Source: Octopus sinensis (Eukaryota). From it: a stretch of 64,000 bases of DNA. The position numbers were made by a program, and so were the translations under genes. The number at the start of each line of letters is the position of its first letter. The stretch's first letter is position 1. The stretch covers positions 7,936,001 through 8,000,000 of the forward strand of contig NC_043016.1 in NCBI RefSeq assembly GCF_006345805.1, given 5' to 3'. The notes under the pieces were generated by a model. It saw only the letters and a program-made list of their open reading frames with translations, ran no database searches and was not told where the DNA came from. Positions 36,719 to 48,796 of the stretch are shown here, one piece after another.

Positions 36719-36879
36719 GACAGGCTTCTTTCAGTTTCCGTCTACCAAATCCACTCACAAGGCATTGGTCGGCCCGGGGCTATAGCAGAAGACACTTGCC
36801 CAAGATGCCACGCAGTGGGACTGAACCCGGACCATGTGGTTGGTTAGCAAGCTACTTACCACACAGCCACTCCTGCGCC
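36429..36879 (-). mobile_element. SINE family A flanked by a 124-bp direct repeat
   Basis: 36305-36428 is repeated at 36880-37003. Confidence 0.9.
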
Positions 36880-37129
36880 TATACCGAACTATATTTAAAG
36901 AAGACTTCAACAAAAAATTCCAGACATGTTTTTGACCCCCAGACAGAAGGTAGACTGTTTTTACTTCAAATTTAAAAAAAAATTTTTTACTGATATTTGA
37001 TAAGATGAGTTTCATCATCGAAACCGGTTATATTTTCTTTATATAATTTTAAAAATTCATTTTTATTAATTCCTTTCTTAAATTGAAATGTCTCAGACTT
37101 ACTTCTGTGCTGTTTCCATTTCCATCTTT

Positions 37130-37341
37130 TATATATGTATGTATGTATGTATGTATGTGTGTGTGTATGTGTGTGTGTATGTATGGATGTGTGTATGTAT
37201 GTATGTATGTATGTATGTATGTATGTATGTATGTATGTATGTATGTATGTGTGTATGTATGTATGTATGTGTGTATGTATGTATGTATGTATGTATGTGT
37301 GTATGTATGTATGTATGTATGTGTGTATGTATGTGTGTATG

Positions 37342-37373
<32 letters not shown>

Positions 37374-37437
37374 CATGTATATATATATATACATATGTGT
37401 GTGTGTATATATATATGTGTGTGTATATATATTTATA

Positions 37438-37488
<51 letters not shown>

Positions 37489-37520
37489 GTGTATATATAT
37501 ACAAGTGTATATATATATAC
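37130..37520. repeat. (TATG)n/(TA)n microsatellite
   Basis: Directly visible. Confidence 0.95.
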
Positions 37521-37521
37521 A

Positions 37522-37856
37522 TATGGCTCAGTGGTTAGAGCGTCGAGCTTACGATCGTGAGGTTGTGAGCTCGAATCCCGGACCAGGCTGCGTGTTGTGT
37601 TCTTGAGCAAGGCACTTTATTTCACGTTGCTGCAGTTCACTCAGCTGTAGAAATGAGTTGCGACGTCACTGGTGCCAATCTGTATCGACCTTTGTCTTTC
37701 CCTTGGATAACACTAGTGGCGTGGAGAGGGGAGGCTGGTATGCATGGGCGACTGCTGGTCTTCCATAAACAGCCTTGCCCGGACTTGTGTCTAGGAGGGT
37801 AACTTTCTAGGTGCAATCCCATGGTCATTCATGACCGAAGGGGGTCTTTACCCCTT
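37522..37856 (+). mobile_element. tRNA-derived SINE, family D, with CORE-like central domain
   Basis: A box TGGCTCAGTGG, B box GCTCGAATCCC, then CTTGAGCAAGGCACTTTA...CTCAGCTGTAGAAATGAGT. Confidence 0.7.
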
Positions 37857-37899
37857 TATATATATACATGTATATATATATATATATATATTTATATAG

Positions 37900-38023
37900 T
37901 TAGATAGACAGACAAACAGACAGACAGACAGGCAGACAAACAGACAGACAGATAGACAGACAGGCAGACAGACAGATAGATAGATAGATAAATAGATAGA
38001 TAGATAGACAGAGATAGATAGAC

Positions 38024-38108
<85 letters not shown>
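37900..38108. repeat. (GACA)n-(GATA)n microsatellite
   Basis: Directly visible. Confidence 0.95.
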
Positions 38109-38226
38109 TGCATATATGTATAATGTGTTGGTGTATCTCGGGTAACGTCTTTTTTTTATTTTCCACTTTTTCATTTTTCACATTTACTTGTCATGTTCTT
38201 AAGTACTCTCAATATATGCGTGTGCT

Positions 38227-38265
<39 letters not shown>

Positions 38266-39211
38266 GTGTACATACATACATGCCTGTCACCAACTCAATT
38301 TCGATTAGCTCTTATTACAGACAGATATCTGGAACCGGTTGGACATGTTTATACCAAGGGTCATCAGATCACTACTTAACTCTGATATACTTTGAAATAT
38401 TTTGTGACAAATGTAACCACGCATTTTGTTTTTATGAGAATCTCATCAACTGCGGCACCGCCCTTGTGCATATATCCAAACTGGATTTTCAACCCGTTAT
38501 TAGATGAGCCCAACGTTGGACATAAAGGGCAGCAGCGTTCCTCTAAGACTGTTGAAGCAGTATGTATACTTTGTTAGTCTTAAATTTAAAAATTCACTCT
38601 TCTCATCCCGCCATGATCTAGGGTTTATCTGGAAGTGATTGTCTCTCTTACGGCCGTTAGGGCATCGCATGTTCAAATGTTGAGTCGTTCTCCTGAGATG
38701 TGATCCTTAATGAATGCAAATTCGGCGTAGGGAAATTTTGCCATATGTATTTTCGTCGTCGGAAAAATTAGTTGCAAGAATTTTCGATGTAGGAAAATTT
38801 GCCTTTAGCACATCTGTCACGCAATATTAGAAGCTGAAGACAAAAGAACCAAGCATCCAGTTTCCCAACCCGAAGTATATAATTCCGGAAGAATATATAT
38901 ATTTCTTGAAATAGTTGGGTTGTTTTTTATTACTCAACAGTGATTAAGGTGACGCTGTGAGAATTTTAGTGTTTGGAACACAAGCGAAGTTTCAAATATA
39001 ATACGCTTTATCATTGCCCCTTCGACAAACCTGTCTTACGGCAAAATTTTCCTACGACAAACATGTTTACGGTAAATTCTCCGGACACGATGAAAACTCC
39101 GTACCTAAAGAAATCGTAATATATGACTACTGATTTCAGTTAATTATGCCTTTAGAGAACCTCAGGTTAATTTTTGTGATCTACAAAATGGAAGGTACCG
39201 TAAATACATAT

Positions 39212-39437
39212 ACTCTTTTACTCTTTTACTCTTTTACTTGTTTCAGTCATTTGACTGCGGCCATGCTGGAGCACCGCCTTTAGTCGATCAAATCGACCCC
39301 GGAACTTATTCTTTGTAAGCCCAGTACTTATTCTATCGTTCTCTTTTGCCGAACCGCTAAGTTACGGGGACGTAAACACACCAGCATCGGTTGTCAAGCA
39401 ATGCTAGGGGGATAAACACAGACACAGACACACACAT

Positions 39438-39476
<39 letters not shown>

Positions 39477-39641
39477 TACGACAGGCTTCTTTCAGTTTCC
39501 GTCTACCAAATCCACTCACAAGGCATTGGTCGGCCCGGGGCTATAGCAGAAGACACTTGCCCAAGATGCCACGCAGTGGGACTGAACCCAGAACCATGTG
39601 GTTGGTTAGCAAGCTACTTACCACACAGCCACTCCTGCGCC
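39212..39641 (-). mobile_element. SINE family A, full length
   Basis: Complete reverse complement with (TTTTACTC)n tail. Confidence 0.92.
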
Positions 39642-39711
39642 TATTGTATGTATATGTATAAAAATACTTTTTTTTTTAGAAATTGTACGAAGGAGCGCTG
39701 AAACGTGTGTG

Positions 39712-39743
<32 letters not shown>

Positions 39744-40199
39744 TGTATGTATGTATGTATGTATGTATGTATGAATATATATATATATCTTTTATGTTAT
39801 ATATTTTACTTCTTTCAGTCATACTTTTTGTTTCAAAATCTAATACATATTCCATTAGTTTCTTTTGCTGGACCACTAAGTTACGAGGACGTAAACGAAC
39901 CAACGTTGGTTGTCAGGCGTGTGGATTCAGAGTCAAACGTAAAGACGCATACGAATAAACATGCATCCAACGTACACATGTTTGTGCATGTGCATGCGCG
40001 CGCGTGTGTGAGACAGGCTTCTTTCAGTTTCCATCCACCAAACTCACTCATTAGGCTTTGGTCGCTCGAAGATAAAGTAGAAAGCATTTGTTGCTGATAT
40101 TACGCAGTGGAAGTGAACCCCGAAACCATGTAGCTTTTTAAAATTCATCCATACAGTCATAATGTTTAAGAAAGAATTTTCTTAAATTAAAAATTAATT

Positions 40200-40425
40200 C
40201 ATCATCATCATCATCGTCGTCATCATCATCATCATCGCCGTCGTCGTCGTTTAACGTCTGTTGTCCGTGCTGGCATGGGTTGGACAGTTTGACCAGAGCT
40301 GGCAAACGGGGGGGAAGCTGCACCGGATTTTAGTCTGTTTTAGAATGGTTTCTATTTTGCTGGATGCCCTTCCTAACACCAACCAACCACCCACCCAGCA
40401 GAGTGGGCTGAGTGCTTTTACATAG
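40200..40425 (-). mobile_element. RTE 3' end fragment with (GAT)n tail
   Basis: Diverged reverse complement of ~3000-3170. Confidence 0.65.
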
Positions 40426-40770
40426 TACCACCATGAGTGCTTTACACAACCAGCAGGATCGATCTTAACATTTCTGCTGGTGGTGTAAAGCACTCGTGGC
40501 GATATAAAATAAATAAATAGATAGATTAATCTGGTTGACATAGACCTTGCGGAAAGAAAATTTTTGTGATAAGCGCTTTTCGCAGTCCTCAGCTTTTCAA
40601 AAATATGTTATAAGGTAAACCGTATAGTAGTTGTTGCTTTTAGTAGTGGTGTTGACTATATTCGATTTAGTTTTGGATTTGGAATTCTTATAAAGAATTA
40701 TTTTTTGGCTTTTCATAATTGATCATTCTCATTAATTTTTTTTTTTTTTTAATGGAATATTTTAGTTTTT

Positions 40771-41302
40771 GCAGCGTGGAAGGTGTTTCTAAGCCATTCT
40801 GACAGCAAAAGCCGTTCGAGTCACTTCAACATTTAAGTTTAACTTGTCAAAATATTTTCGTCGCTTTAAGACCGCGACCTGTTCACTGACAAAAATCCGT
40901 ACTGCATCTGAGAAAGTAACAGTTAGTTCATTATATTTATGTACGTATGTATGTGTGTATGTATGTATGCACGCATGTATGTATGCATGTATGTATGTAT
41001 GTACGTACGTACGCCTGTGTGTACATACATGCGTGCATACATACATACACACATACATACGTACATATATATCATGAACTAACTGTTACTTTCTCAGATG
41101 CAGCACGATGCTTTGTCAGTGAACAGGTCGCGGTCTTAAAGCGACGAAAATATTTTGACAAATTAAACTTAAATGTTGAAGTGACTCGAACGGCTTTTGT
41201 GTGTTTCTTAAATGGCTTACAAACACCTTCCACGCTGCAATTGTTTTCGTTTCAGCACACGATCTCTGATCAAATCACTTTCTATGCAAGTACATCTCCG
41301 TA
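40771..41302. mobile_element. Unclassified palindromic element with ~11-bp TSD
   Basis: Arms 40771-40930 and 41075-41238 are inverted; ~60-nt extra right end; TTTTAGTTTTT on both flanks. Confidence 0.7.
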
Positions 41303-41759
41303 ATTTTAGTTTTTCCAATTGCGAAAATGTCTAGATGTTCACTAAATGGAACATTTCTAAAAACTGAGGCTGATTTGTTTCTTACCTATAACTACTTATG
41401 TGCAGACGTAATAAAAGAAAAAAGTGGACAGATATTTAATAATTTATACCAAGACAGACTAAACAATCATAAAAGACTTACAAACAATAACAATGAAAAA
41501 AAAATCAAACCAAAACAGACCGTCAAACCATAGAAAAGGGCGTAAAACAAACCACCAAGGAAGGTGGTATAACCATAATACTAGACATTGGAACACCTAA
41601 AAATCCTCCTTTCGAAGAAAAAAAAAAGACGAAAACAAACAAAGACTAGTAAGACAGAGCTCAAATGACACAGAAAACAAAAGTCATTTTTAGGGAACAG
41701 TAATTCTGAACAAAAACGAAACAAAGTACTATTGATACAAACACTAAGGAAATATTGAT

Positions 41760-41968
41760 TTCAAATTTTGGCACAAGGCCAGCAATTTAGGGGAGGGTTT
41801 AAATCGATTACGTCAGCTCTAGTGCTCAACTAGTTCTTATTTTATCGAACCCGGAAGGATGAAAGGCAAAGACAGCTGTGGTTTCATTTGAAATCAGAAC
41901 ATAAACACAAATGAAATGCCGCTAGGCATTTTGCCCGGCGTGCTAACGATTCTGCCAGCTCGCCGACT
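41760..41968 (-). mobile_element. SINE family B variant (different 3' tail)
   Basis: Head CGGCGAGCTGGCAGAATCGTTAGCACGCCGGGC on the minus strand. Confidence 0.75.
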
Positions 41969-42172
41969 TACACTAGAGAAATATGAAATCTAGCGATTCA
42001 AAAGTAATAAATTGATCACATAAACACTCATGTTAAATGAAATATACTTTAGAATATGAACTTAAATTCATAATAACGTCGAACCATACTCAACAGATTA
42101 TAAATGATTTTCGGTTGAAAATTTCAGATACAGGAGATCGTCCAAATGAAGAGTTACAAAGATCTATCATCT

Positions 42173-42252
<80 letters not shown>

Positions 42253-42256
<4 letters not shown>

Positions 42257-42750
42257 TAATAAATAAAATATATGCATACATACAAACATATATGTACGTA
42301 CCTACATCTTCATGTATATATACATGCATATATAAATATATATACGTGTGTACAGGACACCACAAATAGACGTAGAACTCAACAAGAAACGAAAAAGTAA
42401 AAACGGCATGGAACGGACCATTTTTTTAACAACGAAAAAACAGAGTACAAGACAACTACACTAGGAAAAATCCCCTTCATCAGCTGTCCCTAGTTCAACT
42501 CCAGCTGTCCCTAGTTCAACTCCTCGAAAGTGAGGACAGAACACGTCTCGTCGAACTAGTCCTTCCTGCGAAAGAATTAAATAAAATTCCTTTGCAGAGG
42601 GGTAAAAACAAGGAAAAAAATGTGACAAAAACAAGACGTAAAAACAATACAATTAAAAACAAATACAAAATAAAAATACAATTACAAAAAATACAGTACA
42701 AGAAGGGGTAGAAACAGGACAGGAAAACAAATAATGAGAGCCTATAAGCC
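42253..42750 (-). repeat. Dispersed repeat, family of 15725-16250
   Basis: Shared sequence; internal 21-bp tandem duplication CAGCTGTCCCTAGTTCAACTC. Confidence 0.65.
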
Positions 42751-42763
42751 TAGACGATAGATA

Positions 42764-43165
42764 TCTCTTATTATAAAAGGCAGATTTTATCTGCCTCCCT
42801 TTGGGAGTTATACAAATCTACAATAAGGATTTCTTCAATTACAATTTACCTACCATTTTTAAGAGTACAATGCATCGCGTCATGCCAGGTCCAGTTTTTA
42901 AAATTTAAACTCCAATTAAGCAAAATTTACAGAAAACTCACATTCTGGTGTGTGTGTCAAATGCTTTTCTTAGTCTGGTTTACACCACACGCAAACGCAC
43001 ACACACAGTGGGCAACGAATAAAATGAAAGTAAATAGCGACAGAGTGATTTGAGGAAGACTAAAGTGAAAGTATTCTGTCTATGACGCTGATAGATACAT
43101 GAGTAAAATGTATGGGAAGCTAAGAGCTAAGAGTGAGTGAAAATGTTCTTGGAAGAGAGTAATTA
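42764..43165 (+). mobile_element. Helitron 5' portion (same head as 51459)
   Basis: TCTCTTATTATAAAAGGCAGATTTT...TACAAATCTACAAT...CAATTAAGCAAAA shared with 51459-51625. Confidence 0.55.
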
Positions 43166-43221
43166 GTAATAAAGTAAACATACACTCATACATACATACA
43201 TACATACATACATACATACAT

Positions 43222-43252
<31 letters not shown>

Positions 43253-43499
43253 TACACACACACATACATACACACACACATACATACATACACACATACA
43301 TACATTATACATATACATACATACATACATATACATACATACATACACACACACACATACACACACACACAGTATTGAAGCTTGAGAACAATCAGATACA
43401 TTTGCAACACTTCTGTTGAAAATATTATTGTTCACACACATACATATACATATATACATACAGACAGACAGACAGATAGACACACACACACACACACAC

Positions 43500-43915
43500 A
43501 ACCTCATGGCCACAACCTGAAGGCTGAAACATATAAAAGAATAACAGAATATAAATGTGTGCAAAGTACAAGAAATATTAATGCAGTATATGGGGATTGG
43601 ACAATAAGCGTAAGGCAGTGTCAATGGTGGTTCCAGAAATCCCGAGCCATAAACTACAGCCTAGAAGACGAGCCTCATCCTGAAAGATCTGTAGAACTCG
43701 ACAAGGACATCCTGAAAACCCTGGTGGAACAAAATATCATCGTAACTGTTGAGGAACTAGCAGAAGAAGCTTGGATTTGGTCATTCAACCATTCATTGAC
43801 ACCTGTGTGCTATCGGAAAAGTCAGCAAATTGGGTCAATGGGTTCCTCACGAACTTTCCGAGTCTAATTGCATGCAGAGAGTGAATGTATGCTTTTCTTT
43901 GCTGTCATATCTCAC
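43500..43915 (+). pseudogene. Mariner transposase N-terminal fragment
   Basis: RNINAVYGDWTISVRQCQWWFQK...SLEDEPHPERS...TVEELAE, then WVPHEL in a shifted frame. Confidence 0.8.
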
Positions 43916-43934
43916 CACTACTGCGCTATGTATA

Positions 43935-44568
43935 TCTATATATATAAAACTGTAGTTGTGTGAGTGTCTGTCCCCTTCGATTTAGATTCCTAACTACTCC
44001 CACATTTTCGGTACAGTTAACCAAATTCGGGTAGCTTATAGTCGTGATTCATATCGAGCCAGTCTGAATATTAGCGCGCGTCTACGATGAGTCTACGATT
44101 TTAAAAATAATTTAACATCATTTTTTATTCCATTTTAATGCACATATTTTCGTGTGTCGATGGCGGCGGAGTTGGCGTCCACGCTCACACCTGCACCTGT
44201 GGGGAAGGGAGTGTAAGGAAATCAACGTCGTAATGCGTTGTCAAGGAGACCAGTGTTCTTTTAGAACAACGACTTCATGGCTTGAAGACACCAAACAGAA
44301 ATGGCTAAGAAAGCGTCTACATGAGTCTACGATTTAAAAAAAAATTTACCATCGTTTTTTTTTCCATTTTAATGCATTTTTTCGCTAATATAAGGGAAGT
44401 AACTCTCTAAAAATGTCTACGATGAGTCAACGATTTAAAAAAAAATTTACCATCATATTTTTTCCATTTTTAATGCATTTTTTTGCTATTTTTTGGCTAT
44501 AACTCTCTAAAAATGCTTATATAGTTATTTCCCTTACAAACCCGAGCAACGCCGGGCGATACTGCTAG
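43935..44568 (+). mobile_element. Non-autonomous Helitron
   Basis: A|TCTATATATATAAAACTGTAG...CCCGAGCAACGCCGGGCGATACTGCTAG|T; homologous to 56927-57439. Confidence 0.88.
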
Positions 44569-44930
44569 TATATATATAAACGGCAAATGTCTGTGTGTGT
44601 GTGTGTCCCTTATACAAATCCACAATTTTTCAGTTAGAGGGCTTGCACTTTCTATGGTCATTCAAAACTGTCCAAGGGTGGTCGTGCACATCCTTACATT
44701 TCCCCACTCACCCCGCAAAGCCATTAAAAATCAATAGAAGTGACTTTTTTGTGAATTTTCTATCCAAAACACAATCAAAATGCCCGAAGCTTGATACGCC
44801 AATTGAATGCCAGCTAGCTGTATGTAATTGGTCGGAGATTTGGACAGTACTCGCTTGTATGTGCGCACGCACGCAGCTGTATATGCATGCACTAGCACTA
44901 TGACCCGGCAACGCCGGGTCATAGTGCTAG
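44569..44930 (+). mobile_element. Second Helitron abutting the first, with an 18-bp perfect terminal hairpin
   Basis: Starts TATATATATAAACGGCAAATGTCTG; ends CTAGCACTATGACCCGGC-AAC-GCCGGGTCATAGTGCTAG|T. Confidence 0.8.
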
Positions 44931-45346
44931 TTTGTTTGAAAAATAAAAGATAAAAAGAAATTGGTAGAGATATATAACGTGTCTGGAAACATCGGCAAAC
45001 TCAAACATTCCAGCAAATCGTTTAATATCAAACATCACACGTGGGGAGCAAAAGCATTGAAATGTCGACAGAAAAACTCTTCTATAGTCATTGAAGAATC
45101 TCACAAGGGAGGAACCATTGTAGCAATAGACAAGACACATTACAAGGAAATGGTCTTAGAAGAGCTAAATGAGCAACATTTCTACAAAATAAGAAAAAAG
45201 AAATCAATACAAAGAAAGAAAAGTGGTAAATAAATGGACAAATTCAAAAATAATCTTACGAAAACTAACGATTTGGGATGCATAACTAATTTTGGGTTAA
45301 AAATTATTTTTACGGACTATTGATATATCAAAGATTTAAGGAAATA

Positions 45347-45406
45347 GCCCCAATAGCTCAGAGGTTTAGAACACTGGTCTCGTAAACCAAGGGTCTCTCT
45401 TGGGCA
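45347..45406 (+). pseudogene. tRNA-Thr(CGT) pseudogene with T-arm deletion
   Basis: Matches 48230-48303 but lacks ~13 nt including GTTCGAA. Confidence 0.75.
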
Positions 45407-45418
45407 GCGTCCTTTATA

Positions 45419-45556
45419 GGCGCAGGAGTGGCTGTGTGGTAAGTAGCTTGCTTACCAACCACATGGTTCCGGGTTCAGTCCCACTGCGTGGCATCTTGGG
45501 CAAGTGTCTTCTACTATAGCCCCGGGCCGACCAATGCCTTGTGAGTGGATTTGGTA
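45419..45556 (+). mobile_element. SINE family A 5' part
   Basis: Family A head. Confidence 0.85.
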
Positions 45557-45598
45557 TTTACTTTTGCGGTGGGGAAAAAAAGTAAAGAATGTGATCAA

Positions 45599-46005
45599 GG
45601 CGCAGGAGTGGCTGTGTGGTAAGTAGCTTGCTTACCAACCACATGGTTCTGGGTTCAGTCCCACTGCGTGGCACCTTGGGCAAGTGTCTTCTACTATAGC
45701 CTCGGGCCGACCAATGCCTTGTGAGTAGATTTGGTAGGCGGAAATTGACAGAAGCCTGTCGTATATATGTATATGAATATGTGTGTGTGTGTGCGCGTGT
45801 CTGTGTTTGTCCCCCCGCCCCAACATCACTTGACATCTGATGCTGGTGTGTTTACGTCCCCGTAACTTAGCGGTTCGGCAAATAGAGACCGATAGAATAA
45901 GTACTAGGCTTACAAAGAATAAGTCCTGGGGGTCGATTTGCTCGATAAAAGGTGGGTGCTCCAGCATGGCCACAGTCAAATGCCTGAAACAAGTAAAAGA
46001 ATAAA
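45599..46005 (+). mobile_element. SINE family A, full length
   Basis: Complete head to tail. Confidence 0.9.
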
Positions 46006-46595
46006 AGACTATATATTTGACAGATTGAATAAGAACAAAGAAGTGATACTGAACCAGTGCGTGTGTTATTGTTGGGATCTTCATACACCATATTGAAAAA
46101 TTCCCAACTGTTTGATTTGAAATTGCTTTCCCCTTGTTGTAGGGCCAACATCGAGCATCTAAAAGTTACAGGGCATCATATTGAAAGCATTAGGCAAATC
46201 AGTTCCTACTTTCATCAGAGATGGTATGAACTTTCTAAACCACGTTGCAGAAAAAGTAAATATAAAGACAATACTGCTTAGTTTTTATGTAGATTAGGAT
46301 TAGAAGCAGTAGATTAGGATTAGAAGCGGTAGAAATCAGAATAGACAACTTTCCATACAGAACTCAGGAGAGAATCCTAAAAGAACTTATACTACAAGGA
46401 TTACGATTGGAGTTGGAAAACAATTTCCTTCATCTTTGATAACCAGTTTTACCGTCATGTGAAAAAGGTAAGGCAATGGGTATGACAACTGCATAAGTTT
46501 GCAACACTATGAATGCAGTTCCCAGAAGAAGCAGTAGAAATTAGGTTAGACAACTTTCCATGCAGGATTCAGGAGAGAATCCTAAAAGAACTTAT

Positions 46596-46643
<48 letters not shown>

Positions 46644-46930
46644 ATTTGGCTCAAAAGCAAATAGCAAGGCCATGTAGGGGGACATGGTGTTAAGTACAGG
46701 GTGGTGTTCATGTAAAGAGTTCAGGCCACTTGAGGTCCAGGGAGGCTTTGAACAAAGCGGTCGTCGGCATCTTCACCATCTCGTCTGGCAGCTTGTTCCA
46801 CGGATCCGCAACCCGGACGGAGAAAGCTCCTCTCCTTCGATTGAGATGAAATCGTCGCAGGTAGAGCTTTTCGGAATGGCCCCGCAGCCGACGCTCTGGA
46901 GCAGGAGTGAAGAACAGCTCTTTCGAGAGG
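46596..46930 (-). mobile_element. CR1 LINE 3' fragment with (TAAC)n tail
   Basis: RLRGHSEKL...RRGAFSVRVADPWNKLPDEMV...FKASLD; (GTTA)n on the plus strand at 46596-46643. Confidence 0.88.
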
Positions 46931-47406
46931 TTGATTACGATTGAAGTTGGAAAACAATTTCCTTCATCTTTGATAACCAGTTTTACCGTCATATGAAAAA
47001 GGTAAGGCAATGGGTATGACAACTGCATCAAGTTTGCAACACTAGGGGTGCAATTCCCAGAAGAAAATCTGTGTCCGATCCGCGATTACTTTTGATCAGT
47101 ATTTCCAATCTTATCTAAAGAGAAACAGAAAAAGATTCCTGGATGATTGCTTCATATATTGGAACAGTAGGAAGACGTTACAAGAGCTCATAAATTAATA
47201 AATAATATTCGTAGATCGATCCAATTCTCAATGGAAGTGAAAGGGAACTTCCTTTTCTTGACATTTTGGTAATTAAGAAAAATGAGACTGTCACAACTGA
47301 TCTCTACTGCTAGAACACACGCCAATACTTGAAATTTAGATTTTGCCATTCATCCCATATTAAAAGAAATATCGATTTTAATATGGCAACAGGTATATGT
47401 TCAATA

Positions 47407-47636
47407 GGCGGCGAGCTGGCAGAAACGTTAGCACGCCGAGCGAAATGCTAAGCGGTATTTCGTCTGCCGTTACGTTCTGAGTTCAAATTCCGCCGAGGTC
47501 GACTTTGCCTTTCATCCTTTCGGAGTCGATAAATTAAGTACCAGTTACGCACTGGGGTCGATATAATCGACTTAATCTGTTTGTCTGTCTTTGTCCTCTC
47601 TGTGTTTAGCCCCTTGTGGGTAGTAAAGAAATAGGT
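47407..47636 (+). mobile_element. SINE family B, full length
   Basis: A-box-like AGCTGGCAGAAACGTTAG, B-box-like GAGTTCAAATTC, central GCCTTTCATCCTTTCGG.GTCGATAAATTAAGTACCAG. Confidence 0.9.
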
Positions 47637-47934
47637 ATATAAATCATGTTGTAACCAAAATAAAGGAAATTCCAATCTCTGACTTACAATGAAAAGAAAA
47701 ACATAACCAGAAATATTCTATTTGTATTCATCAACAATCCTAGAAATCACAACATTTTGCATTCAGCCAAACAATGCCTTCCAATTTTACACCAATAATC
47801 AATTCTAAGAAAAGCAATTAAAAGAATAATTTTCTAACAACAGCTGAAGACAAAAATCAAATCTTAAAAGACTCTTAATAAGAGTTAGCTTCACGTCAGA
47901 AGCAGAAATAACGCAGCTAACGAGATGTGAGTTC

Positions 47935-48182
47935 GTTGTTGTTGTTTGTTGTTTGTTCCTTCTCGAGCCATGCCTGGGTCATAAGGGCCGGTTTCCCGGT
48001 TTCCTTGGCGTATAGGTTCCCCAACTGGACGGGACGCCGGTCTGTCGCAGGTGAGCTGCAAGATGCAGGAGGAAAGAGTGAGAGAAATTTGTGGCGAAAG
48101 AGTCAGCAGAAGTTTCGCCATTACCTTCTGCCGGAGCCGTATGGAGCTTAGGTGTTTCGCTCATAAACATACACATCGCCCA
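47935..48182 (-). mobile_element. 5'-truncated SINE related to family C with a different 3' half and (CAA)n tail
   Basis: GAGCGAAACACCTAAGCTCC...GGCTCCGGCAG shared with family C. Confidence 0.65.
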
Positions 48183-48229
48183 GCAATTATTTTTACGGAC
48201 TATTGATATATCAAAGATTTAAGGAAATA

Positions 48230-48303
48230 GCCCCAATAGCTCAGAGGTTTAGAACACTGGTCTCGTAAACCAAGGGTCCTGAGTTCGAATCTCTCTTGGG
48301 GCA
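48230..48303 (+). tRNA. tRNA-Thr(CGT)-like gene, probably a pseudogene
   Basis: Perfect acceptor stem GCCCCAA/TTGGGGC, anticodon loop CTCGTAA, T loop TTCGAAT; mismatches in the D, anticodon and T stems. Confidence 0.7.
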
Positions 48304-48315
48304 GCGTCCTTTATA

Positions 48316-48431
48316 GGCGCAGGAGTGGCTGTGTGGTAAGTAGCTTGCTTACCAACCACATGGTTCTGGGTTCAGTTCCACTGCGTGGCACCTTGGGCAA
48401 GTGTCTTCTACTATAGCCTCGGGCCGACCAA

Positions 48432-48433
<2 letters not shown>
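48316..48433 (+). mobile_element. SINE family A 5' part
   Basis: Family A head followed by (CA)n. Confidence 0.85.
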
Positions 48434-48479
<46 letters not shown>

Positions 48480-48796
48480 ACACACACACACACACACGTG
48501 AATTGATTGTACGGAGTTGGAATGGGGGTGGGATTGAAAGTTAAAGCAAATGTAAACAGCAATACGACTCTAAGAAATTATCGTTTATAGTATCACATAT
48601 CCTACACTGCGATGAGAAATTTATCGGGAAAATAAATTCAAAATAAAAGATCGAGTTTAGTGTGTATAAGCGACAGATCAACGATTCGGCTGTTAGAAAT
48701 GTCTCATATAGTGAACATCTTGCCATTAGGGCAAAATGGAAAATTCAAAATATTTACTTTTGCGGTGGGGAAAAAAAAAGTAAAGAATGTGATCAA

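Larger units (their letters stand above)
44935..47885 (+). mobile_element. Heavily interrupted Penelope-like RT relic
   Basis: Fragments IVIEESHKGGTIVAIDKTHY, LENNFLIFDNQFYR, RFLDDCFIYWN, IQFSMEV, PFLDILVIK, CHSSHIKRNI. Confidence 0.65.

Noticed and set aside
38720-39095. Possible MITE with subterminal GGAAAATTTTGCC repeats
   Set aside because: Inverted motifs are visible, but termini and TSD could not be defined
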